Below are positions 33,533-40,246 of a stretch of DNA of 40,246 bases, in pieces. Every line of letters begins with the position of its first letter. Within the stretch, counting starts at the first letter, position 1. The notes below the pieces were generated by a model, which saw only the letters and a list, made by a program, of their open reading frames with translations, did not search any database and had not been told where the DNA came from. Position numbers and translations under genes: made by a program. Source of the stretch: Desulfonema limicola (lineage in GTDB: Bacteria; Desulfobacterota; Desulfobacteria; Desulfobacterales; DYRC01). The stretch spans positions 1-40,246 of the forward strand of contig DYRC01000003.1 in NCBI GenBank assembly GCA_020718925.1, written 5' to 3'.

Positions 33533-36243
33533 TGCTGAAGTCTTATGACAACGACATTGAAGATTTGGCGGTAGTTTGCGCGCACAGCGGTATAAAAAAA
33601 GATCGGGAAAATCGGATTTATGCGATTTCCGCCACCATTATCCGCCCGGATGCGTCAGGACAGGAATTTTCTTCATTGGTGCGTTACGCGCATTTCAGCG
33701 CAAGAGAGCGATATTATTCCAATCTTTCCAAAGATGCGGTTCTTTCCGCTCCTAAAGTTGATCAGGTTCAATCTGAGCTTGAGACATTTCTTCAGGGACA
33801 TCAATTTATCCTTGTTTCAGATAATCGGGGCAATATCAATGCGGTACAGAAATTTTGCGGACATCGCCGTGTGATTGATCTCGGATTTGCCGCCGAGTTT
33901 TTTCTGCCCTTTATGGAGTCGTTCACCCCCAAGCGAATGTGGGAATATCTTTTTAAAAAACAGCGCGATAAAATGAGATTTTCAAGCTCTGAAATCGTGT
34001 ATCTGTCGGTCGCGCTGATCCGGCATATCTGCGGCACGAGTCTGAATGACAAAACCACGCCATCCGCGCCTGCTATCCGCTATTATCTGAATAAAAGTAA
34101 CACGTTGTTCGGAAAATTCTTTGTTCATATTGCCAAAAATTTCAAGCGGTATTTCGGGGGAATGTTTGATCCCTGCACAATTCATGATACCGGGAGATGG
34201 AAAACTTTTCTGAAAAAAGCCGCTTCTGCTTCCCGTAAAAAAGAAAGCGATACTTCTCATAAACCCGTTTCGGCGGAAATGATTGATCAGATATTCCGGC
34301 AGATGGCAGAGTCCGGCAGGGGCTACAAATTTCGTCCTGAGCAGTCGGAATATGCCCGCCATGTTGCAGACGCCTTGAATGACGCGGCAATTCTGACCAT
34401 CGAAGCCGGAACCGGAACTGGGAAAACGCAAGGCTATCTCATTCCGGTGCTGGAATTTCTGCGCCTCAATCCCAAAGCAAAAATTGCCATTTCCACCTAC
34501 ACCAAAAGCCTTCAGGAGCAGATTTTTGAGCGTGAACTCGCCCTGACCAAAGAAATTTTCAAGGATTTGTACCGCGATATTTCCGTAACCCTGCTCAAAG
34601 GAAAATCCGGCTATATCTGCGCCCAGAAGTTGGATAATGTGTATGAAGAAGATATGTCCGGCGAAAAGCTGCTGTCATGGTTATATTTTGTCAATATTGT
34701 GTTTCATTTCCGCCATGCAGACCGGGATTCGGTGGGCGAAAAAATACGATTTTATTTAAATAATCCGTATTTCAGGCAGTTATTCAGTGCGACATCGGCA
34801 AGAACCGGCTGTACTGCCGGGCATTTTCTGTGTCCGGCTCAGGTCATCACCGCCGAAGCACAATCGGCAAATCTGATTATCACCAATCATCATAAATTGG
34901 CATTGCTGGATACTGATCCCTTGCTGGTCGGACTTTTCAGAAATTATGTGATTGATGAAGCCAATCATTTTGAACATGCGGTCAGAAACGCGCTCGGTGA
35001 TGAAATTTTTTCAGCAGAAATCGCGGATACGCTTGATTATCTTGATCCTGCGGCAAGCCGCATTTCGGAAAAAGCATCCGGCGCTCATGTTCAAAGCATC
35101 AGAGACGCTCTGTCAAAAATCAGCATCGCCCGCACAAGCATGGCTGAGTTGAGAACCATGCTAGGCAGCATTGCGCCCAATGCCCAGCCCGGAATGGTCT
35201 GCGAACTTGAAACTTCTCACCCTGTTTTCAGAGACGGCGCAATCAGCAACGCATCAGATAATCTCAAATCTGCATTAAAAGACATTGTTAAATCATTGGA
35301 ATTTATCAAAGATGCGGATGAGAGCCGGATGCTTAAAATTGTGTCACGGACAGCAGAGCGCATGAAAAGTGCTATCAATCAACTGACCGAATACGCTGAC
35401 GCGCTGAATACCATTCAGGAAAGCTTCAAATCTCACAATACCGTGATTTCGTATCAGGTCTTTGCCAAAAATTGGATACTGACTTCTCAGCAGGTCGAGG
35501 TCGGCGACACGATTCGGCGTCATATTTATGAAAAAAAAGACTGCGTTGTTTATACTGCCGCGACTCTGTGCTATAAAGAAAGCTTTGATAATTTCAAAGA
35601 AATATGCGGCATGAATCAGCCGTTATCTCCGGAAATTGACGATGAAACATTGCCGAAAGAGTTTCGTTTTGCCATTATTGATTCGCCGTTTTCCAAAGAT
35701 GCGATGGAAATTATCGTTCATGATAAAGCAGTCAGCGGCGCGTTCGGCAACAAAGCTGCCTGGCTTAATGCGGTTACAGAACTTTTGCCGGAGCTGATCC
35801 GAAAAAACAAGGGCAGAACGCTGGTGCTATTTTCAAGTTACAGTGATTTGAATACGGTAAAAGAGCGCGTGGAGGCGTCTGTCAAAAATACGACATATCC
35901 CCTGCTGATTCAGCAGAACAGTTCTCCGACCGCCAATTTATGCGAAGAATTCAGAGACATCAGAGAAAGTGTGTTGTTCGGCGTGGATACTTTTTGGTAT
36001 GGTGTTGATTTCAAAGGAGATACTTTAACACAGGTAGTTATCACCCGGATTCCGTATCCATCGCCTTATGACGCGCTTCAGATGGCGCGGAAAAAAAGCC
36101 TGAGTGCGAAAGGATATTGGAATCGCTATCATTATGACACGCATATCAAGCTCAGACAAGGCATAGGAAGGCTGATCCGTTCTGAAACAGATCGGGGCAA
36201 AGTCATTATTCTGGATTCACGGTTTAAAACCGATACCCTTTGA
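33529..36243 (+). CDS. DinG/Rad3-family ATP-dependent DNA helicase with an N-terminal exonuclease-like extension that appears degenerate.
   Basis: Motif I EAGTGTGKTQ. Motif II VIDEANHF (DEAN rather than DEAH). C-terminal helicase domain (TLVLFSSY ... GIGRLIRSETDRGKVIILDSR). 4-nt overlap with xseB. Confidence 0.8.
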   Translation: MMLKSYDNDIEDLAVVCAHSGIKKDRENRIYAISATIIRPDASGQEFSSLVRYAHFSARERYYSNLSKDAVLSAPKVDQVQSELETFLQGHQFILVSDNRGNINAVQKFCGHRRVIDLGFAAEFFLPFMESFTPKRMWEYLFKKQRDKMRFSSSEIVYLSVALIRHICGTSLNDKTTPSAPAIRYYLNKSNTLFGKFFVHIAKNFKRYFGGMFDPCTIHDTGRWKTFLKKAASASRKKESDTSHKPVSAEMIDQIFRQMAESGRGYKFRPEQSEYARHVADALNDAAILTIEAGTGTGKTQGYLIPVLEFLRLNPKAKIAISTYTKSLQEQIFERELALTKEIFKDLYRDISVTLLKGKSGYICAQKLDNVYEEDMSGEKLLSWLYFVNIVFHFRHADRDSVGEKIRFYLNNPYFRQLFSATSARTGCTAGHFLCPAQVITAEAQSANLIITNHHKLALLDTDPLLVGLFRNYVIDEANHFEHAVRNALGDEIFSAEIADTLDYLDPAASRISEKASGAHVQSIRDALSKISIARTSMAELRTMLGSIAPNAQPGMVCELETSHPVFRDGAISNASDNLKSALKDIVKSLEFIKDADESRMLKIVSRTAERMKSAINQLTEYADALNTIQESFKSHNTVISYQVFAKNWILTSQQVEVGDTIRRHIYEKKDCVVYTAATLCYKESFDNFKEICGMNQPLSPEIDDETLPKEFRFAIIDSPFSKDAMEIIVHDKAVSGAFGNKAAWLNAVTELLPELIRKNKGRTLVLFSSYSDLNTVKERVEASVKNTTYPLLIQQNSSPTANLCEEFRDIRESVLFGVDTFWYGVDFKGDTLTQVVITRIPYPSPYDALQMARKKSLSAKGYWNRYHYDTHIKLRQGIGRLIRSETDRGKVIILDSRFKTDTL

Positions 36244-36256
36244 AGGAGGATATAAC

Positions 36257-36679
36257 ATGCGTAAACTTCTTGTTATTCTGATGATATTGGTATTTTCGGA
36301 TTCATCGGCGTTTGCGGAAATATTTTCGTGGACTGATGAGAAAGGCGTTAAGCATTACAGCACCACCCCGCCAGATGACAAAGACAATTACCGAAAAAGC
36401 AGTGAAGTTCCTTACAATGCCCAAGAAGACGAAGCGCAGGCGCAGGCATATCAGCAATGGCTTGATCAGAAGCAGCGGGAAGAATCCGAAAAAGCTCTTG
36501 AAAAAGAAAAACAGGCGGAGGAAAAGAAGAAAGAACAGGAGAAAAAAACTCAGGAAGGGGCTGAAAAAGCAAAGCCTCCGGCTGATACGGAAAAGGCGCA
36601 GGTTGAAGGTGAGAAGCCTCAGACAGAAACCGAACAACCCCCGCCACAGAATCAGCAAAAGAGACGCAGGACTTTCTGA
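36257..36679 (+). CDS. DUF4124-like secreted protein with a Lys/Glu-rich tail.
   Basis: Signal peptide, then FSWTDEKGVKHYSTTPP (a DUF4124 hallmark), then a K/E/Q low-complexity region. Confidence 0.7.
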   Translation: MRKLLVILMILVFSDSSAFAEIFSWTDEKGVKHYSTTPPDDKDNYRKSSEVPYNAQEDEAQAQAYQQWLDQKQREESEKALEKEKQAEEKKKEQEKKTQEGAEKAKPPADTEKAQVEGEKPQTETEQPPPQNQQKRRRTF

Positions 36680-36706
36680 GTATCAGAAATGGATAACAGG
36701 CTTGAT

Positions 36707-37993
36707 TTATACCGCATAACGATAACCGTCTGCTTTTTGGATTACCTTGCAGTATTTATGAGAGAGTTCCAACCGTGTTCTGCCTTCAACCGGCATGTGA
36801 AAGATACCTGAAGCTCTTACGGTGATTCGTCCCGAATATATTCCCGCGTTTTTTCCTTTTGTAATAAAGGCTTTGACCATATCACCGGTCTGAAAACCGA
36901 AGAATGACTTCTGTCCGGTTCTGTGTCTGATAGGAAATCCGTATTTATCCGTTTGGCAGATCTGCCGAGTACCGAATCCCATAGCTCTGATCTGCAATGA
37001 TCCGATTCCGTCTGTCTTCAGAGTTTCGGGAGTACTCAATCCCACACATGCGGCATCTGCCCAGTGGGTTTTCGATAATGAACGCTGAATTCTGTTGAAT
37101 TTCGTCAGTCCGCCGCTTCCTGCTTCTACCGGACATCCGAATGATTTCAATCTTCCGAATAACGCCCATCGGGTAGCATTGACCGCCGCCGCATCTTTTA
37201 ACGGAGCTTTTGCCTGTGCTTTGATCTTTTTCAGCACTTCCGGCTTTTTCTTCAGAAAATCCTCTACGGGCTTATTGCCTTTTTTCTCATTACATGAACG
37301 GCAGGACAGCGTAAGATTGCTGATTCTGTCAGACCCGCCGCTGCTTCTCGGATTGATATGTTCGATTTCCAAAGGAACATCTTTCTTTCCGCAATAAGCG
37401 CATGTCCGCCGCCACTTTTCAAGCAGATATTCCCTGCACTCATATCCGGCAAGCGTTCCCTGCTGATATTCAACGCCGGAAATTTCAGGGTTTTCCATTT
37501 TCTGCGTATCAAACCGCACAAGTTCCTGAGAAATCGCCTGAATCGGAGATATTTTAATCAGACGCCGAATCCATGTTTCAACATTGGCAATGCGGCTTTC
37601 CAATGAAGGCGGCAGCCATCCTTTTTTGCGGGTACGGTTCATAAATCGCGGCTTGCGATAACGGGTATTCCGGTTTCTTCGTGATCGTCTGATTGCCCTT
37701 CTGCTCTCCAGACTGTCTCTGACTCTCTGACCACGATGTTCTATCTCCGCTGCAAAAACAACTTCTCCTGAAATATCATTGACAATCGCAAGCCCTGTCT
37801 TTTTGCTTCCCGGATCAATTTTGACTCTCAGCGGCATGGGTGAGGCATCAGGCACTTCGTGTTTCAGAATAATCGTGAACGGAAATCTGCGGAATACCGC
37901 CGCTTTTCCCTGTTTCAGCAATTCCCTTGCACGTTTCGGTCTGCATGGCGTCAATGTTCTGTTTTTCGTGTCTGTTACAAAAACTCTCTGCAT
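36707..37993 (-). CDS. iscB: IscB RNA-guided endonuclease (OMEGA system; a Cas9-ancestor type with a split RuvC domain and an HNH insertion).
   Basis: N-terminal PLMP-like domain (VFVTDTKNRTLTPCRPKRARELLKQGKAAVFRRFPFTIILK). RuvC-I KIDPGSKKTGLAI (D60). Arg-rich bridge helix RRAIRRSRRNRNTRYRKPRF. RuvC-II SQELVRFD (E157). HNH CAYCGK...EIEHINPRSSGGSDRISNLTLSCRSCNEKKGN. RuvC-III THWADAACVG (H310, D313). Confidence 0.9.
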   Translation of the reverse strand: MQRVFVTDTKNRTLTPCRPKRARELLKQGKAAVFRRFPFTIILKHEVPDASPMPLRVKIDPGSKKTGLAIVNDISGEVVFAAEIEHRGQRVRDSLESRRAIRRSRRNRNTRYRKPRFMNRTRKKGWLPPSLESRIANVETWIRRLIKISPIQAISQELVRFDTQKMENPEISGVEYQQGTLAGYECREYLLEKWRRTCAYCGKKDVPLEIEHINPRSSGGSDRISNLTLSCRSCNEKKGNKPVEDFLKKKPEVLKKIKAQAKAPLKDAAAVNATRWALFGRLKSFGCPVEAGSGGLTKFNRIQRSLSKTHWADAACVGLSTPETLKTDGIGSLQIRAMGFGTRQICQTDKYGFPIRHRTGQKSFFGFQTGDMVKAFITKGKNAGIYSGRITVRASGIFHMPVEGRTRLELSHKYCKVIQKADGYRYAV

Positions 37994-38241
37994 TTTTTAA
38001 AAGCTCCTTTAAGAGCATCAGCCTTGCGGCTGTAATGTTTGCCTCGCCAATGTTATAACGGCTTTTTACGCTCGGCACACTGACTTCACCTCTTTCATCT
38101 GTTTAATACCGAACAACAGAGCATAGAACTGGCAGGCATTCTATGGTGTTATGACCGAAATAACGTAGTTCTTTTCAGAACTCAGGCTGGTCACACATAG
38201 GACTCTCTCAAGCCCTTCGCGCAGGCGCGTGAGGGTGTGAC
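37994..38241 (-). ncRNA. Predicted omega RNA scaffold of IscB. Boundaries are approximate and the guide is expected at its 5' (higher-coordinate) end.
   Basis: This is a non-coding, hairpin-rich ~250 nt directly 5' of iscB on the same strand. Hairpins include cagccgcaaggctg and the ccctcacgcg..cgcgaaggg hairpin at 38209-38241. In characterised IscB loci the omega RNA occupies exactly this position. It was not checked against a covariance model. Confidence 0.5.
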
Positions 38242-38350
38242 TATTATAAGCCGATTGTTGCGGAGATACCCCGTCCAAGCCCTTCGCGCACACGCGTGAG
38301 GGTATGACATCAGCAGCGGTTTTTTTTATACTTACTATGCCCTTCGCGCA
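38209..38350. repeat. A 33-bp palindromic repeat in two full copies (30/33 identical) plus one 12-nt partial copy, separated by unique 34-bp and 30-bp spacers.
   Basis: Copy 1, 38209-38241: caagcccttcgcgcaggcgcgtgagggtgtgac. Copy 2, 38276-38308: caagcccttcgcgcacacgcgtgagggtatgac. Partial copy, 38339-38350: gcccttcgcgca. Confidence 0.8.
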
Positions 38351-38426
38351 TGTATAAGAAAACTTCTGATAAAAAATATGTCCACAGATATAGACAAAAC
38401 TATAGTAACTTCAATAAATAATTTGA

Positions 38427-39071
38427 TTATGTTACCAAAGATATTAGCTTGGTTACTATTGGAGAAAATTTATAATTCATAGTTCCTCCCCAGCCACTTT
38501 CTTGAATCAGTAATAATCCCATATTGATAAGTCCATTTATTAATAAAGCATCCTTACTTTCTGGACTAACCCAAAGAACTTTTTCTTTGGAATCGGAAGA
38601 TGAATCTTTATCGGAAGATTCTGTTCCAATAATAACCTCGCTATAATGAGAATGATTTATTAAGAACATTATCTCATCAGCAGAAATATCTCTGATTATT
38701 CTTGATAAAAGATATGATTCATGGGGAGTTATATCTTCATCCTTAATGCAGTTTTGAACCACTCTCTTCAGATATCTGATCTTTTCTTCATCAATAGTCT
38801 GAAGAACTGACAGAATCGCTTCATTAGTGATTTTATATTGTGAATCTGACATATTACGAATTTTATCTTCTTGCGATTTTAGGATATCTTCTATCTCCTT
38901 AATTGCCGTTTCAGTACGCTTTTTATAACGACCAAATGCTAAAGTGTTCATAAAAAGCGGAAGAAGTGCCGCAGTTCCTCCAACAGCAGCTATAGCCGTT
39001 GCAGCAATGCTCACTGGCAAACTACCACTCACCTTTTCCAAAAAAGATTCTTTTTCCATATTTTCCCTCAT
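38427..39071 (-). CDS. Hypothetical N-terminally membrane-anchored protein in a visibly AT-rich segment.
   Basis: TM segment LPVSIAATAIAAVGGTAALLPLFMNTLAF followed by a helical domain. An alternative ATG at 39059 has the better RBS (gaggga). No recognisable family. Confidence 0.55.
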   Translation of the reverse strand: MRENMEKESFLEKVSGSLPVSIAATAIAAVGGTAALLPLFMNTLAFGRYKKRTETAIKEIEDILKSQEDKIRNMSDSQYKITNEAILSVLQTIDEEKIRYLKRVVQNCIKDEDITPHESYLLSRIIRDISADEIMFLINHSHYSEVIIGTESSDKDSSSDSKEKVLWVSPESKDALLINGLINMGLLLIQESGWGGTMNYKFSPIVTKLISLVT

Positions 39072-39313
39072 GGATTAAAATTCAAAATATAAAATGAGAC
39101 TTTCATTAAAACACTTTATCTATTTCAACAAAACGCTGAATGTTTATCACATGATTTGAAGGATGTCAAACTATGTACATCAAAAAAGGAATGCTAAAGT
39201 ATTCAGCAATTCATTATGAGATATGGCAGGTTCGCCGTATCTTTATCACGGTGATTATCCGATGTCAGACAAAGCTGCCCTTGCCGGAAGTTTCTTTTTA
39301 TTCGGATTAACAT

Positions 39314-39340
39314 AAATCCCGCGATTTCATCAGCCCTGAT
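39314..39340. repeat. 27-bp direct repeat, copy A, upstream of mazEF.
   Basis: aaatcccgcgatttcatcagccctgat is identical to 40128-40154. Confidence 0.85.
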
Positions 39341-39435
39341 TTCAACCTCTTTCAACCCGCTTCTTTTCAATTCTTGACTTTTGCCCGCAAGTGATGATAC
39401 TGGATTATCTGATGAAAACAAAAGAGGAGGCTGAT

Positions 39436-39675
39436 ATGTATCAGAAAATCAATATCGTTTTACCTGAAACAACATTGCGTCTGATTGATCATATAACAGA
39501 TAAAAAGAACAGAAGTCGGTTTATTGACGAGGCTGTTAAATATTACATGGAACAGGTCGGAAAAATCAGTCTGCGGGAGCAGTTGAAACAGGGAGCAATC
39601 AGAAGATCGGAAAGAGACCTGAATCTTTCACGGGAATGGAATGTTTTTGAAGAGGAAGCATGGCAAAAAAGATAG
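39436..39675 (+). CDS. mazE: Ribbon-helix-helix (CopG/MazE-like) antitoxin.
   Basis: MYQKINIVLPETTLRLIDHITDKKNRSRFIDEAVKYYM has an RHH pattern. Strong RBS aaagaggagg lies 5 nt before the ATG at 39436. It overlaps the toxin gene by 16 nt. Confidence 0.75.
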   Translation: MYQKINIVLPETTLRLIDHITDKKNRSRFIDEAVKYYMEQVGKISLREQLKQGAIRRSERDLNLSREWNVFEEEAWQKR

Positions 39676-40025
39676 AACCTCCGAAACGGGGAGAAGTGTT
39701 TCTGGTCAATTTTGATCCCACAATCGGAGCTGAGATTAAAAAAACAAGACCGGCTCTGATTCTACAGAATGATATTTCAAATGAATACAGTTCTGTAACA
39801 ATAGTGGCAGCGATAACATCCCGATTTGACGAAACTTTATATCCGACCGAAGTGCTGATACATGCACCGGAAGGAGGTCTGAGCAATGATTCTGTCATAT
39901 TACTGAATCAGATACGATCAATTGACAAACAAAGACTGATTAAAAGATTGGGCTTATTGAAACCGGACACTATGAAAAAAGCAGACTTGGCACTGCAAAT
40001 CAGTTTCGGACTTATTGAAGTATGA
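39660..40025 (+). CDS. mazF: MazF/PemK-family endoribonuclease toxin.
   Basis: PKRGEVFLVNFDPTIGAEIKKTRPALILQND...VTIVAAITS...ILLNQIRSIDKQRL is the canonical PemK fold signature. Confidence 0.9.
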   Translation: MAKKIEPPKRGEVFLVNFDPTIGAEIKKTRPALILQNDISNEYSSVTIVAAITSRFDETLYPTEVLIHAPEGGLSNDSVILLNQIRSIDKQRLIKRLGLLKPDTMKKADLALQISFGLIEV

Positions 40026-40127
40026 AAACAGATTGATAATTATTATAAAATCGGTTAATTAAAGCATAATCATCTGACCGCAACCGAAATCTAAAAGGGA
40101 GTGTAAAACTTTGCTGCCCACTTGAAC

Positions 40128-40154
40128 AAATCCCGCGATTTCATCAGCCCTGAT
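40128..40154. repeat. 27-bp direct repeat, copy B, downstream of mazEF.
   Basis: aaatcccgcgatttcatcagccctgat is identical to 39314-39340. Confidence 0.85.
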
Positions 40155-40246
40155 GTTCCGCTCTGACTTCATAAAAAACAATCGCTGTCCTTTCATATTT
40201 TCCGTTGCTTTTTTCAATCTGTTCGGATATAAATTTCAAAAGGATT

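Larger units (their letters stand above)
36700..38308 (-). mobile_element. Non-autonomous IS200/IS605-superfamily (IscB-type) element or its remnant. No tnpA is present in the window.
   Basis: iscB plus subterminal palindromes on the 5' side. No matching hairpin was found 3' of the iscB stop, where only ~27 nt separate it from the convergent neighbour. Confidence 0.45.

Noticed and set aside
36302-36719. Three overlapping ORFs (two on the - strand, one on the + strand) across the end of the DUF4124 gene.
   Set aside because: They are alternative-frame readings of a Lys/Glu-rich low-complexity coding stretch (aag/gaa repeats). Only the frame with a signal peptide and the DUF4124 motif is credible.
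37848-38078. A 76-aa minus-strand ORF overlapping the iscB start.
   Set aside because: It is out of frame with iscB and lies inside the predicted omega RNA region. This region is expected to be non-coding RNA.
38209-38350. Calling the 33-bp repeats a bona fide CRISPR array.
   Set aside because: There are only two full copies and a fragment, no cas genes, irregular spacer lengths (34 and 30 bp), and the repeats coincide with the expected IS200/605 left end or omega RNA 5' stem. They are kept as a finding but not called CRISPR.
39203-39421. A 72-aa minus-strand ORF upstream of mazE.
   Set aside because: It has no convincing RBS and runs through the mazE promoter/RBS region. Its only notable segment (IRADEIAGF) is the 27-bp repeat itself. 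It is probably a gene fragment rather than a functional CDS.

Overview
This 40.2-kb window looks like chromosomal DNA from an anaerobe. The gene content (V4R, DUF2325, HD-GYP, sigma-54 regulators, Feo) suggests a Desulfobacterota-type sulfate reducer, but that is a low-confidence inference. Gene density is high.

Layout, start to end:
(1) A catalase carrying a 1-nt homopolymer frameshift, next to a Fur-family (PerR-like) regulator. Both have Fur/PerR-type boxes upstream.
(2) An operon encoding a Tat-exported PstS-like binding protein, a porin and a chemoreceptor.
(3) A roughly 10.7-kb, 11-gene, translationally coupled minus-strand operon. Its order is DUF2325 coiled-coil protein, HD-GYP protein, FeoA, FeoB, a FeoB-associated Cys-rich peptide, two tandem paralogous P1B-type ATPases, then four small membrane proteins. 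One small protein looks MamC/Mms13-like and two are His/Gln/Gly-rich. A DtxR-family regulator lies upstream.
(4) Housekeeping genes: htrA, a radical SAM gene, an NtrC-like regulator plus a V4R protein, lon-clpX-clpP-tig-tRNA-Leu, coaD, a LysR regulator plus ABC transporter parts, xseAB, a DinG-like helicase and a DUF4124 protein.
(5) A mobile/defence islet at the 3' end: an intact IscB (OMEGA RNA-guided nuclease) with a structured upstream region that probably encodes its omega RNA, 2.5 copies of a 33-bp palindromic repeat, an AT-rich orphan membrane protein, and a mazEF cassette flanked by 27-bp direct repeats.

The two candidates most worth follow-up are the iron operon (a ferrosome-like or new iron-compartment system) and the IscB locus with its repeat-spacer-like upstream structure. 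All calls come from reading the translated ORFs and the DNA. No database search was run.
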